DNA from: Oikopleura dioica
Taxonomy: Eukaryota; Animalia; Chordata
Reading direction: 5' to 3'
Length of the DNA stretch: 64,000 bases
NCBI GenBank assembly: GCA_907165135.1
Contig: OU015569.1
Span: 2,294,001 to 2,358,000, forward strand
Positions 48,851 through 63,200 of this stretch are shown here, in pieces (position 1 is the stretch's first letter; every line of letters begins with the position of its first letter). The notes under the pieces are model-generated. The model saw only the letters and a program-made list of their open reading frames with translations, made no database searches and was not told the origin of the DNA. The position numbers were made by a program, and so were the translations under genes.

Positions 48851-49065
48851 CGTGGGAAGTGTGAATCAGTTGTGGCGACACTCGCCTCGGGCGACTAGAG
48901 TGTGTTGGCGAGTGGCTTATCGCGCCTTTGCAGCGCGGCAGAGGAGGTCATCCCTCCGCACTGTGCGATGAGTTAGCTTGTAGTTCTGAGCTTTCTCACA
49001 GCTTAGTCGGTCCCTACCAGCCTTGGACCAGCTTACTGTAGCAGTACAGTAATAGATTCACTACG
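48851..49065. other. Intergenic multi-hairpin element (candidate structured RNA or transposon remnant)
   Basis: Several short stems plus pairing between its two ends; GC-richer than the flanks. No family recognised. Confidence 0.3.
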
Positions 49066-49153
49066 GGAAAATACACGCAAGCACGTTTTTGAACAGAAAT
49101 AGAAACAAACCTTAAATTAACGAAAAGAGCAAAAAGAAAAGAAGAGGAAGAAA

Positions 49154-52100
49154 ATGACGATGGAAGACGAAATGACAGAATATCCAGAGACGGAATGCGA
49201 AGCCGACGATGGACCCCAATCTATGGGCGGGCTTTTTTCTGGCAAAGGAGCCGCAAAAGGTAAAATTGGATTTATTCTTTGAAATTATTTGCTACAATTC
49301 ACTTTCTTCTTTTCCATTTCTGATGATTTTTGTAGCGCAAAAAATGTTCCTTGCTCGAAAAGCTCGGATGGCGAAGTATTCGTCCGTCTCTTACGGCGAA
49401 AATACGGAGCACCCCGATCTTGAGGTATGTTAGTGGCAATTTTCAAGCAAAGATTAATGTTTTAAAACCAGCACTTGAACAACTCTGATGGGGAATCGTC
49501 GGAAGATAGTGAGGATGAGCATCAACAGGTGCTCAATCATGACGGACACATCGAAGCTTATGAAGGAGAAAACCTTGAACGAATTAGGTTCGACTTGGAT
49601 CTCTTTTTCTATCTCCCTTTATCGATTATTTAGGCAGAAGAAGTCCGTTAAAGTCGAACACAAGCTGCAAACATCCGGAAAAGGCCTGAACCTCTTTCAA
49701 CAACGTCAACAGCACGTTCAGAAGTACATCGTCGACCAACCAAATGAGAACTACGACAAGGACGCGAATCATAGTCACCTTAAAAACGGCAGCCAGAATG
49801 GCATCAATGGCAGTCAAATGAATGGGATCAACGGAACCAATGGAAATCATTCTTCCCCAACTCCGATGTTCTCTGTCAATCTAAAGCATGTCGGCGGCAA
49901 GTCATCTGAGAAAATGGGGGGAAACAGCGGCAGCAATCAAAATGGCGAGGCCAGCTTCAATATTCAGGAATGGGTCTGCACAGTTTTCAAGAGCTTTTCG
50001 CAGCGGAATGAAAATGTGCGACTTTGGTATTGAACCTTGGACATCGTCAATAACGGGTTACTATCACTTGCAGACCCTATCAAAAGCTGCGTCAGACTGG
50101 CCAACTCGAGTCGCTGACAAGAGAAGGACAAAGGAAAAGGTTTAAAAAGGTCTATTTTGATTTTATTCCAAAATCGCAAAATGAGCCAGAGAGACATGAT
50201 CACATGATCAGACATCTGATATCCATGTGTATCGCTGCAAAAGGCGCCCTGCTAAGCTCGATAAAAAAAGAACAATGCTAGAATAAATCAAAGACACGCG
50301 ATAGTTGATCGAGAAAAAAGTAACTTCGGTTAAATACGACTTCGTAAATCTTCAAAAGCACTCAAGAGAATCAGCAAAACGGGAGGGAGGAACAACAAGG
50401 ACAAGCGTCGAACTTTGTGCTAAATGGAGCGGCGAAAAGTAGCGGAAGACAGCATCCAGTGAATCAAAGCCAAGAAGAGGATCGCCAATCTGTTAATAGC
50501 CAGGTGGGTGAAGTACTAGCGCGCGTAATCCCACTTTATGGCTCAACCCTTAGATGAGTAACGAAAGCGCAGTGAGCACCACGTCACTGCTCTCGTCTAC
50601 GAACACGTTCGCGCGCGGCTGGAGTAGCTTCTCCAACGGTGCCACTCAAGGAAACAAGGCTTCATCCAGCTTCAGATCAGTAAGAGCGCCACAGGAATGC
50701 TCCACACTAGCCGATGAAAGAGTTATCACGAAAAATACATGGCTATTAAAACATAAGCTTTACAAAAAGTGTCAATGACACGTGTTGGTGTGTTAAAAGC
50801 GCCCAAAAGCCGAGTGTCGAGCAATTAATAGGGAAAAATCACCTCGATTTCCTGCTCTTCATCGATTAAAATAGGCAATGGAGTGAACAAGCCCTACCCA
50901 TCATGGAACTCAAAGAATACTCCCTCACCTCGCAATAGTCTTCCAGGCACAGCTTACAATTTGTAATGGAATTATCAAAACTTCACCATTTTAACATTTG
51001 TAAAGCTCACACAGAAAATTCTACATCATTTCAAGCAAATTCAAATGCACAAAGACATTCAAGTACTCCTTCTACTTCAACTTTCCAGGCTCCTGCATTC
51101 AAGCCAATGCCTGTCTCGTCTCAAGCTACGTTTTCTCCAGCTCCAACTGCACCTGTGAATGGCACTTCATTCAAAAATATCCAGACGCCTTTCAGCCCGC
51201 CAACGGCTAGGGCATCCTTTTCTCCAGCGCCTCCAGCTCATGAAAGAACACGAAGCGCCAGCTGGGCCCCCACTGCTCAGAAAATCAATTCGAACGGAGT
51301 TGCACCAAAGAAAAAGCCACCACCACCACCCGCAGGAAAGCCAACCATGTCCCCTTTGCTTTCTCGTCGACAAGCTGCTTCGCCAGCTCCATCGTTTACT
51401 GAGCAGAGCTTTAACCCTTCTCCGCGCAATTCATCTTCAAGCCAGCAAGAAACTTTTAAATCGAGCTTTTCTGAACTGCAAATCGGTTCGCCAATGACCC
51501 AAAGAAAACTAAGCAACCCACCAGCAAAGCCCGAAATCGAGCTGCGAAGTCCACAGCCTAAAGTGTCCAACTTTTCCCTTCAATGGGATCAGACGTCAAC
51601 GGCTTCAAACAACTTCCATACTGAGCCTGAGCCTGAGCCTGAAAGTAATTCTATCAATATCGAGGATGTTTCGTGTCATTCTGAAAGACAGCCTGACATT
51701 GTCGTTGATTTTGATATGAAATCACCGGTGCCCAGTTATTTGAACGGAAGTTCCTGTCAGGCAGCCAACGGCGATGATGATCAATTTCATGAGGATACCG
51801 CTTCTGTTACTTCCTTCAATTCGGAGGTCTTCGAACAACAGCAAGCTATGGAACAACAGGTTGCTTCTAACTCAGCGCCTCCACCCCCAGCAGGTCCTCC
51901 GGCTGCACCCACTTGTCCGCCGCCAGCACCAGAACCAGTGGAAGAAAGTAATCAAATGACTCCAACCGCCAATCTTATGGCAAATGCCTTCAAGGTAAGA
52001 CAATAAATTGTGAATTTCATTGACAAAATTTTAAGATGGCTGCTGTTCCAAAACTACGAAAAGTTGCTGAGCCAGAAGTGAAATGGGGAGGACAAAAGCC

Positions 52101-53919
52101 AGTTTCTCAAGAGAGAGTTCAAAATTCCGTCAAAGAAGAGCAAAACAGAGTGTTTCAGGATCAACAACGCCAGCGGATGGAGCAGCAAAAACGAGAAATG
52201 GAGGAGAAACGGGTGAGGGAAGAAGCCAGCCGAATGCATCAGGTACGAAAAAAAACAAGATCAGACTATATCTGTTTCAAATAGCCTCCTGTTGCATCGA
52301 CAGCGCAGTTTACACCGGTCAAGAATGGAGCTCCTCAGCGACGGGTGCATTTTTCCGAGGCTGAAGGAATTCGCCAACAACAAGGACCAATGAGCTACAA
52401 TAAGGCTGCTACTGGTTTTAGACCCAATCCTCTACCCGAGACGCCATCAGCTCCTGTTTCTAAATTAAATACTTCAATTCAACACGTTCCTGTGCCACAA
52501 ATGAACCGATCAGCAGCACCAAGACCTAAATTTATGGCTAAAAATTCAAATGTTCCCCCGATGGAAAGTTGGTCTTCTAACTCTGCGCCAAATACAGCCC
52601 CACAGCTTCCTCCAATGGACTTCAACAAACAGCAACCGGTAGCGCCTCCCCCAAAACCGCAGCCAAAGCGATGGCAACCAAGTTTCAAACCAGATCTTCC
52701 TCCTGTACAGATTCCAGATTACCAAAATTCGGGCAACTCAATTGTCATGGATAATCTGAACGCAACATACAATCCACCACCAGTGTAAGTTGTATGCCTA
52801 AAATCCAGAATGTTTAAGTATTTATTTACAGGCCATCCGTCAATCGACGTGCTCCACTCTCTCCTCCACAGAAAACGCCTCCCCCAACGCCAACAAAACC
52901 CGTTTGGTACCCTGGCATGCGTGCCGATCCGATGCAATTCTCTGGCCGCAAAACTAGTTACAAAACAGGACCCCCGCCACCCGCGCCCAAAGTTGGAATT
53001 GCTGCCAGTGACATCATTGCCGGTCCTTCCCGTCTTGTTGATAAGTTTGAGCTCAACAAGCCGGCAAAGCAAGAGTTTGTACCTGTAAGTTTCTGCATGA
53101 ATTTGAAGTGATAATATCAGAAGGACTATTTTATAGACAACTTTTATAAAAACTTTCAGGACGCGTCACGCTTGAAACTCTTTCAAGACCTGATTGAACA
53201 TCATGATGTAAATGAGAATTTCTAAATGAGTTTGTATTGAGTGTTTGAAAGCACGAAATATTTGAGAACGGAAAATCCAATTGAACAACGATTCTTGCAT
53301 GACTTTGAGAATCAGAGTACTAAAAGAAAGAAACTAAGAAGCTGCATGAAAAGATTTTTTATCGAAGAGAAAATAAATTTTCCATCGTAATGACTATTTT
53401 TAAGCGGCCTCGAGGAGGTGGAGGATCGCGACCAGGTTCACGAAACGGCTTCACGAGTTTACGCGATGGCTACGAAAGCGACAGCGGTCTTGCTTACCGT
53501 TCAAAAACCAGTTTCAATAAATTCGACAATGGCCCAGCAAAAGCACAAGAAGCGCCAGCCGCATTCGTATTCGACCCAATGCAGTCCCGTGGCCGAGGAG
53601 CAAAGATGTTCGAGCGCCAGAAAAATAGAATGGGCAAGTTCACGCGGGACCACCGGGAAGACTACGAGCAGTATAAAGGCCAGCAGACGAAAAATGAATC
53701 ATTCCAACACCAGGTGGCGAAAATCAAGCTTCTTGAAAATATTCATCGGTAATTTAGGTGCCTGTTTTGCCAGCATTGAGTTCGGTTCCGCCAAAGCCAT
53801 CACTAGCCCGTCCTCAGCGAAAGAACAAAGAGCTCGGCGACTTCAACAGAATCATGAACCGATCCGGTAACCGACCTGCGCCCAATGTCTGGTCGCCTAG
53901 TGGTCCTCAAGAGTTCTAA
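49154..53919 (+). CDS. Synaptopodin-2/myopodin-like Pro-rich actin/Z-disc protein (multi-exon; model approximate)
   Basis: Three podin/calsarcin-type basic motifs in the SYNPO2 order: KAQKMFLARKARMAKYSSVSYG, GKGLNLFQQRQQHVQKYIVD, RGRGAKMFERQKNRMGKFT, within Pro/Ser-rich disordered sequence. Confidence 0.65.
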
Positions 53920-54259
53920 CAAGAACTTTTTATAAAAATAATTTTCTATTCCATTTGTATAATGACCATTAGTTCTATCTGCCTCTTTTTCAGTTTTTGA
54001 CTCTATTAGTAGATACTTTTTAGAATCGAACCTAAATCGTGCTAGATGATAATTCAAGTAATTTATACTGATTTTATACCGACGTTAACAATGTCCCGCT
54101 AAAGTTGTCTTGTCTCTGCTCTTTCGCAGAATGTACATAAATAAACAGAATACTTCTATCTAAGTGAATACTCTTTATTTGATTGTCAATGTGTAAGCAA
54201 CTGGAAAGAAAAGAACTTGGAACTGTAGGAAAGCAGGGATTGTATGGCGGAATTAAAAT

Positions 54260-57200
54260 TTAGTCTTTCTTTGTGATTTTCGACGGGCGTCTATTAGACT
54301 CGTCGCCCCAGACGGCGCGCGCCTTCGTCTGGCGCATTCCGGGAAAGACGTTTTTGGAATGGCGCTTTGTGATCTTCATGTTTGGATCAGACTTGGTCCG
54401 ACTGGGAAGCTGATCGTGCTCTGGCTTAGTTGGCTGGGGCTTGTCCGAATTCGTGGTCAAGAAAGAAGAAAGTGAGCCTTCTTTGTCGTTTAGTTGGTAG
54501 AGAATTTCGTCAAGTTTTTCTAAGCTTGCTGTTTCGTCGATAAACCTAGTATATTTTTTAGAAATAATGAAGAGCCATGTGCGCCTTACTGATCTAGTTG
54601 TTGTTCGAGCCTCGGAATGGAATCATTGAGTAGTTTACTCAAAATGTAATCCATATGGAGAGGCTCTATGGGACCAGTGGAAGAGTGATTCTCCTCTATG
54701 ATCCTTGATGTTGTCCACTCAGAGGCATCAGATATTTTCGTCATCGCTGAAACCGAGTCAGAGAAAAACGGATCGTCCATCTAAAAACCACATCATTAGC
54801 AATAACATAAATAAACGAAAGAAAGTCAAACCTCATCAAGCTCAGGACTTGCACGCATCTCCTCATTCTCCGGAAGAACAGGATCGAAGTCTTCACAAAA
54901 ACTAGATCCCCTTGAAAGTGGAGTAATCATTCCTTCAAAGCGTACCTTAATAAATTAAAATGACCGTTTCAATCTTTAGATCTCAAAATCTTACATGGTG
55001 TCGTATTTTTTTCTGCTTCTGAAGACCAAGCCACATTCGCATTCGTTTTTTGGCAAATGGCACAAGCTCATGATCTTGTGGCTCGAAGTTCTCATGTCGT
55101 GCCATCGAGAATTTCAAGTCATGAATTTGCTCTTAGTAATTTTGAGCTTTAAACAGTCGTCGTTTCTCTTACCTTTTCCCTTGCTTTTTGCAATACCACG
55201 GAAAATAATCGGCCCTAGAATGTAGAAAAAGACCATCAGGACGAAAGAAATCATCGATTGTCGTTCTTCTGTCTTTCCACTTGTTCGTTCAGTAGTTCGT
55301 AATAGTAAACTGGTCATATACATAAAGCCATCTGTGTAAGAATCAAAGAGCGATGAATTCCAACTTCTCACTGTTATTACTGCTGTTGTGAAAAAGAACA
55401 TCAGCATAAGGAGAAAAAGGAAAGGAATGACCATTGACTTGATGAAAATTTTGACGAATTTGTTTGTGCAGTGCCAGCCTCGTTTAAAACGGAGTCCGGA
55501 TAGCACACTTAGAAGGACGATAAACAACTGAATAGACTGGATCACGACGAATATGTAGTTTATTTGAAGAGCAGCGTAGAATCCTGTCGCGTTTTCGTCA
55601 TCTTTAAATATTGCTAGTGACTCTTCTAGCAGGATCTCTTTGGTTATGTAGACGATTGTAGATGTGATTTGGAGACTGACGAGAAGCACCAAATTTCCAG
55701 CTTTCAAGCTAAACACATGAAGCCCGCTATTTCGTATCTTTCGCACTAGTTTTAGGAGCAGATAAAGACCATGAACAAGAAGAATTAGCTGAAGGAATAA
55801 CGAAAGTTTAACTCCAGCCTTCCAGCTCTTAACGTAAGCAGAGTAACTTGTCACGTGAGCTTTGTAAATGGCTTGACCTTCAACACGAGACACGACAACA
55901 GCTGATGAGCTGACTGCACCGATCGATAGCACCACCGTATTTTTGAGCAGCACGATTTCTTGACTCTGGCGAAGATAATTCACCCAATCTTCTCCCTCAC
56001 AGATAGCAGCATTTGTGTATTCTTCCAGAAATCCACACGTCTTTTCGATCTTCTGCCCGAAGAAAATCCCATTTAAACATGTAGAAGGCTGCTCCCTTGC
56101 AGGCTTTCTAATTGTGTAAAATCCTCCCAGAGGTTTTGAAACATTTGTTTTTCGTTCGATCTTGTCGCATGCGTAATTCAATTGTCGCAAAATGTCGTCT
56201 TCCTTGATTGCAACATTGGGAAACTCGAAACTTGGCTCAAGAATTTCACTCTTCGATATATTATTAGCAATGAGTCGATCTCCAACTGTCTCGTTTGCGA
56301 TAGAAATGCAGAGAACGATGAAGAAAATAAGCTGAGTGAGAGCATATGTTCGCAATTGTTTGAGACGCTTTAATTTACGTGCGTTCTCACGCGCTTTTTC
56401 AAGCGCGAAGCCTTGCGGAGGGTTGACATTGAATGTCCGCGAGCTGGAAACGTCGTATTTGTCTATTGTTGGATGCTCAACGAGATTGTCCGACTCGCAT
56501 GGGTCTTTGCGCACTCTCCGTAGTGACTGAATAACGGCCAAGAAGAGGATCTTTATCGGCTCAAGAATGAACAAACTTGTAATCAAGCAAATGAGCAGCG
56601 AAAGCATCCATCGGTTAGTCAAGTCTGGCCCAAACTCAGCGGCATATAAGTAGATGAAAATCGAACAAAGAATCATTATGCTGATGCACAGGAAGAAGGC
56701 GAGATGGATGGTCTGGTGCGGAAACAGACATTGATTCGAAGAGTGGTCTGTTGTGATGATTTCATCGTCCAGAAAATGTTCTTTCACCGGCCAATGATTT
56801 ATTGCAGAGCTCATTTGAGAGTTTTCATCTGCCGAATAAAACGGAATCGGCTTCATTTCCATCTTATCTTCTGATAATTCTTTCTCCATAGGCTCTTTAA
56901 TATCGAGACTTTTCTTCGAACATCTTGATGATACCAAATTTAAGTGTTCAGAGCTTATTCCAGAGTCGACCGTTTTGACGGAGCCGACGTTCGTACTCGA
57001 TCGATCAGAGTTCAATTCAGAAGCGTCAACAGTGAGCGATGATTCTTGGGTGAATTTCGAGCCCCGGCGCAGTTGCATTTTTCTGAAGTCGCCCGATATC
57101 TCCGATGATTTTTTCGAGGATTGAAGTTCGGAGAAAGCGGACGAAGCAAAATCTCGTTGCAAGTCGATCGGGCGACTTTCGTTGGGTATTTCTATTTCGA

Positions 57201-60200
57201 GAGGGATTTCTATTCCTGTCCTAGGACGAGAAGGATGTACGTAAGAATGGCGGGATCTTGATCGTTTAAAAAGAAACGCTAACACCACGGAAATCGGGAA
57301 GGTCAGAAGAGATGCAATAATTCCAGTAACAATGTCGCTGGCATCGAACCAAAAGCCATACAGATTGAGCTTTGGATCACGATATTCTAAATTGTACCAG
57401 ACCATCGTGAAAAGCGTAAAAATAAATAGACTCGCAGAAGCAACAGATAGACGCATCAGCCGCGTGTATCTTGAGCGTGTTGGCCTCGTAACGATTGAAA
57501 ACCATAAGTGTGAGTCTGCCTTTTGGTACTGTCTGTGGACCCTGAACACCTCCTCAAAGAGCGTGATTTCTTCTGGAGATGCATGGTTTACTTCTTTTTC
57601 CACGGAGGATAGGCGATTGTTGTGATCGATTTGGAGCCAGTCATCGACCAAAAAGTAAAAGCGTTCTTTCGTTTGCAGATCTTTTACAATTACTCTCGAT
57701 AAGAACCATGGTGGATCAAGGCCAGTGTTGTCATGCCAGATCTTCAGCTTGCTTATATTGCCTAAGTTTTCAAGTGTTGAAATTTGATAAATTTCGATCG
57801 AACCGCGCTGGAAAGGGCGATTGCTGTGTCCTAATTGACGACTTCCACTTTTTGCTTGATCACCATAAAGTCTGATTCCTACATTGGCTGTGGTTCCCGA
57901 TCCCCAGCCGACGCCGGTTTTGATTGTTATTTCGTAGTCGAAGGGTCCATCTGGACCACAGTGTGGAATCGTTGAAGAGTATTTTAGATCATTGAGATCT
58001 AAGTACCTGCAGATCACTGCCGCAACAGCAAAAGCACCGATGAAGCCAGCTATCATGGCGATGGCACCTTTGTTTTTAGAAGGGCGGAGATCAATGTCGT
58101 CAAAGTCGATTGTATTAGGCGAAGAAATTGTTTCTCCTCCAAAGACAGTAGTGTGATTGGCAGTGCAGTTGATCCTGTTGGCATTCTCAGAAGTTTGAAT
58201 TCCCCCTGCCATGCCGTTTTTCTTCCACAAATTGTCCGTGTTGTTAAAGTAGGAACACCCTATGTCGTAAGTCTTCACTTTAACATCTACTAATGTCGTC
58301 TCGAACATGTTCTCAATTGAGATTTGAGAGATGGGCACGCCCGGATCGTTGTTAACGTTGTAATTTTCGAAGTCGCAAAAGCCTTCTTCGTCGCAGTTTA
58401 CTTCCACTTTGCGGCGGTTTCCGTTCGATGTCAGATAGACGCCATTTTTATCAACGTCGTACGGAGTCGTGTTGGTCGCTAGGCGGATGTTAATGTCGAT
58501 GTACTGAGCATTCTCGTACGATCGGAAGAGGAAGCTTCGTGCACATTTTGGCGGAAGGCGAATCCATGTCGCAGAAGGAAGTGTAGACGTCTTCGTACAT
58601 GATTGGTGACGATTGAGCATCGGCGGTTCGAGGCCAAGATCAATATCGCGTGCTGTAGGTTCCTTATTGCGTGGCATGACAATCACGATTGGCTTGATAA
58701 GATTTCGAAGTGGAACTATTGCTTCCGACATCAAAGCTTCCCGAAGAGAATCTGATGGATCGTTTGAAGCGCTTTGGCTCACCATGATATTGGCGAATTT
58801 CCAAAGCTTGAAGCTGACCAAAGATGTATCGAAGGCTTTTTTGCCAGTTCCTGTATCAAGCTCCATGATTTTTTCGGGATTGAATGTCATGAACGTCACT
58901 AGTAACTCGCTCGAAGTCGTTATGCTGTCGCTATATGCACTTCTTGGGATATCCGGAAGAACGATATCGGTGAATCCAAGATTGAATCGGCTCATACAGT
59001 TTATTGGACGTAATGCACGCAGACATTCTGAACCTAGAGATTCGGCGAAATGTCGACTCTGGAAGATGGAGAGCTTGGATTGTTTGATGTTTTCCAGCTT
59101 CCAAGGTGTTGCATTGGCGACTTCCCAGCGGCCCAGTGCGTACATAACGTCATTAAGTTGGGTTATAATTTTGAAGAGGCGATCGTTCGAACCGTCCACT
59201 GCGTCGTTGGTGATCACCTCAAGCACGTGGCCCATGCCGCCAAGAATGTCCTCGGCTGCTAAGGTCAGCGTTTCGTTCTGCTTGTGGTAGTCGTTTTCCG
59301 TTGAGCTAGTAATCTGATCAGCAAGTTTTTGCGATATATCAGTAGTCCAGTCGTAGAACTCCAGGTTCACGTGATTAGTTGTCGAATTGATAAAGTCTTA
59401 TTTTAAGAATATATATTGATATCGAAATTCGAGTGAAATTATTATGATCGACTGCTGACCACGTGATTCATAGCTACGCCATGTTTCAGTAACGTGGTTG
59501 TTCAATTTCTGGCGTAAGGCCGATCCGTTATGTATTCATCCCTTGACGAGCGGGTGGCGGACGACCTCGAGGAAGACCGATGCCATTTGGCGTGTCTCAG
59601 TGAGCGAGATCGGTTTGAGAATCTCGTACGTCAGTACCTCCATGACGTACAATCGGATACGAAGACGCGTTTCTGGGGTAAGGGGAATCTCTGGAATGAG
59701 GCTGGCGTCGCTAATAGGCGCTGCGGGCGGCATTTTTGAGTTGAGGATCGACACAAAGCTTCCCGCAAAGGCAAAGATAAGCGCCGGATCCGCCTTTTGA
59801 TCGATCAAATTCGAGAGTCCTTGCTCCTGGTTTCATCCACTACCCTTGATAAACAAATCGGGCCTTTAGAAAGGTGCGAAACCGTTCCTTGAATGCCGCG
59901 AAGTTGCCAGTTATCGGGCTCCTTTACCGCGACATACTCGCATTGCTCGGCGACTTTGAGGGCACCCGTCTCGCCTCTTATCCCAATACAAACCATTTGG
60001 CAGCCAAGCGGCAGATACGAGAAGATGTTTTCATTCTGTGAGCCTGTCCAAAGGATCAAAATGCACCTACTTCTACAAGCGTTTCAAAAACTTCTAGATA
60101 CGTCAGTAAGATTGTTGAAGAAGGTGAATAGTTTTGCTCCTTTAGCTTTATAGAGAATATTGCCGTCGAGACCGCATGTTGGAATTCCCGCGTTCACATC

Positions 60201-63200
60201 GTTTGGATTTACTGTCGAACAGCGTTTTGGGCATTGTTCCGGACTTTCTGAGAGAGTTGCATAGCGCATTACATATGAAAGTGGCTTGTCGCGCTCATCG
60301 GCAATCCACTGGTTGCAGCGAAATTCAATTTTGCTTTGCGAAGCGCGGAAATCTCCGTTCATCCCTTAGCGAGGCATTCTTTGCACGTTCTACTCGATTA
60401 AGAAATTCAAGAGAGTGCCCCTCTCCTAGGTTTTGAGTAATAAACTCGCAGCTGCCTCCGTCTGGCGGCTTGTTCGGATTGAGGATAAACGTGCCAGCAT
60501 TTCTATAGACGCCGCCTCGCTCGATCTGCAACGTAAAGCGGTAAAAGCGATTATCATCAAGTATTCCTTGTTTGATAATCAAGTACTGCGAAGAGTCACC
60601 AGTTGTCGAGGTCTCTTGGTTTATATCCACCTCTTCACAGTCATCATTAACAGGCGTCGAAGCTGGTTTACAATTTTCAAACTCGGTCTCGGACTGATGC
60701 ACCGTCCATTTGTACTTGTAGCTCGTCGAGTTCATGATACAGGAGACATCCTCCTCATTGATCACCAATGGCTGCGCAGTCAGGTGAACCATCGACGTCC
60801 GAGATACTCGCTTGTGGAAGTTGCTCTGGCAGGAATTGCACTTGATCTCGATATTAGGAGCGAGTTCTTCGCCGATCGACGGCCGGTGAAATTTCAGCAC
60901 TTGGCTGTCATATGCCTCGACAGGCTTGTGTGACGTCGTGAAGCTCACATTGAAGATATAGTTGAATCCTTCCATGAAGAAGTCGTTCCCTCGATTGATC
61001 TTGAGCTTTGCCTTGTTGTTGCATGTTTCCATCGCTTTTATTCAAGTTCAAAAAAAAGGATCAAGATAATGTGTCTTCGTACACAAACTCTAATTGAATG
61101 AGCAAGCTTGGTAAAGATGTCCATAGTTATCTTTTCAAGATATGGCTCGGTCAAAATGGCCGCTTGCCGGAATATTTTCTGGACCAAGTTATTCAACAAA
61201 TTTCTTGTAAAAGGTCACACTATTTAAAACTAGTGATACCCTGAGATTTGATAAAAACAAAGAAATAAACAATTATAAGTGAAAATTTGTTCGTTCCAGA
61301 TTCCGATTGGGTTTTCCTGGTATCTGAGAAAAATATTACTCCTGGAATCATCAAGATTCCAGAGTAGACCGCAGGCTACTTGGACAGCTGACAATTATGT
61401 TTGAACTCGGTGGCTGGTTGATTAGTTTCGAAGTCGGTGCGGCACACGTCCTGAATGACATCGTAAGCGTCAGCAATGAGATTATTGCAGGTCGTGGTCA
61501 GGTCTTCCACGAGAATCATCTCGGCGGTGGTGACTTGGCAGGACCAGGAATAGAGAATGCTCTGCTCGGAACAGTAGTCACTTGGGTTCGCGATCACGCA
61601 GTCAGGATCTTTCGGTCGGGTTAAGCGGGTCAAAACCACAGATCATGGTTTATTCAAAGTTTATCGACTCTATCTTTCTGAGAAGATTAACCCTGCCTAT
61701 TGAATTTGATGCATCGATAAAGAGCGGTTTCCGATCCAGCGTTGGACATCCCTTATTTTCAATTCTAACTGTTGCGCCACGTAAGTACGCCAACAATGGA
61801 CTGTCGGTGATGTTCAGTAAGTCGCCGTGCCAGCTTCCCACGATCTTTGGCTCCCCGGAGCAGTGGTCGTTTTCGAGATTTTGTGTGATGTTAAAGCTGT
61901 GGTCAGGGTTGGATGATTTCGTAACGACACTACTGGGTAGTACCGAAGAAAAAAATGATGACCAAATGATTTTAAACAAATCTATCAACTTAAGAGATAA
62001 AAGGGAAACTCAATTATATGGAAATATAAAATGCTGCCTGTTCGGGATGTTCGATATAATAATACATAGTTGGTATCAGCATCGATACGAAAATGACGGT
62101 ATCCATTAAATACCAGCTGTTATGATAAGAAATAAACTGTTAAATAAAGAACAAGTCATCTGTAAGAAAATTCTGTCTAAAAACCCTTTGCAAAAGCAGT
62201 ATTCTCCAGTGCGCAAGCTCCAATTTGGCAGTAACAGTCTGGCAATGCCCCTGTCAACATCTTTGACATCGATAATTTCGTCAGGGTCTGTGCCATCAGC
62301 ATAACCGCGGCACATGGGCAGCCAATCCGGATTTTGTGACCAGTCATCGGCGCTTTCCTTGGTTTCGTCGCAGGACGCGTTTACGTTTGTTGATTTATTC
62401 AATTGAGATTCTAGCGCTCCCCGGTGCGCCATGTCATCAAGCAGCGTTATAAAAACATCTCTCAAGGGGGCAAAAATTACCTAGGACTTTCTGAGATTGT
62501 TTACCCCGTCGAGAGTGGTAATTGCGACCAATTAAGAGACGCATATTTGCTGCATTCTCATAAACGCACGGGTGTAGCGAAAAATAACACTGTGAAAAAA
62601 TGACTTTGAAACCATTAGCTATGAACAGACGTCCCAGATTGAGAGCAGCTTACGTTGGGCCGCTTCTTCCACAAAGTCCAGCGCATGTTATCGAACTTGC
62701 ATGGGTTGATCTGAATTGGATCTTTCCGCGGGTTATCTTTTCGCAACCTAGCAGTTTACAAAATTCTCTATGACAATATAACCAAGGACACGTTGTACCT
62801 TGGTATTATTTGGATAAATTATTTGCCACGACAAAGTGTAAAACTAATCATCATAACAAGCTATTATTAATAGTTTTAAGTGTGAGCTGTTTAGAGGTCC
62901 CGTTTTAGCCACAAAGTGTGACTCTCGAGTGTTGCTGAGTCCCCTTTTCCAGTTATATAATAGACAAAGAAATTGTATTAAAAAAATAACCCTAACTTGG
63001 CTCGTCTGATTTTGCTTGCTATCGACTTGAACTTCGAGAAGGACTGAGCGTGAGCGGTAAATCGGACTGAGTGGAGTGTGTTCAAGCTTCGGCGGTTTAC
63101 AAGGCGGCTTAATGGTAAAGAAGTTCCATTGTTTGCCGTCTGGGATCGTATAGAGCCTGGCGGTGTTATTCGCTGTCGCCTTGATCGCATAATCGCTCTC

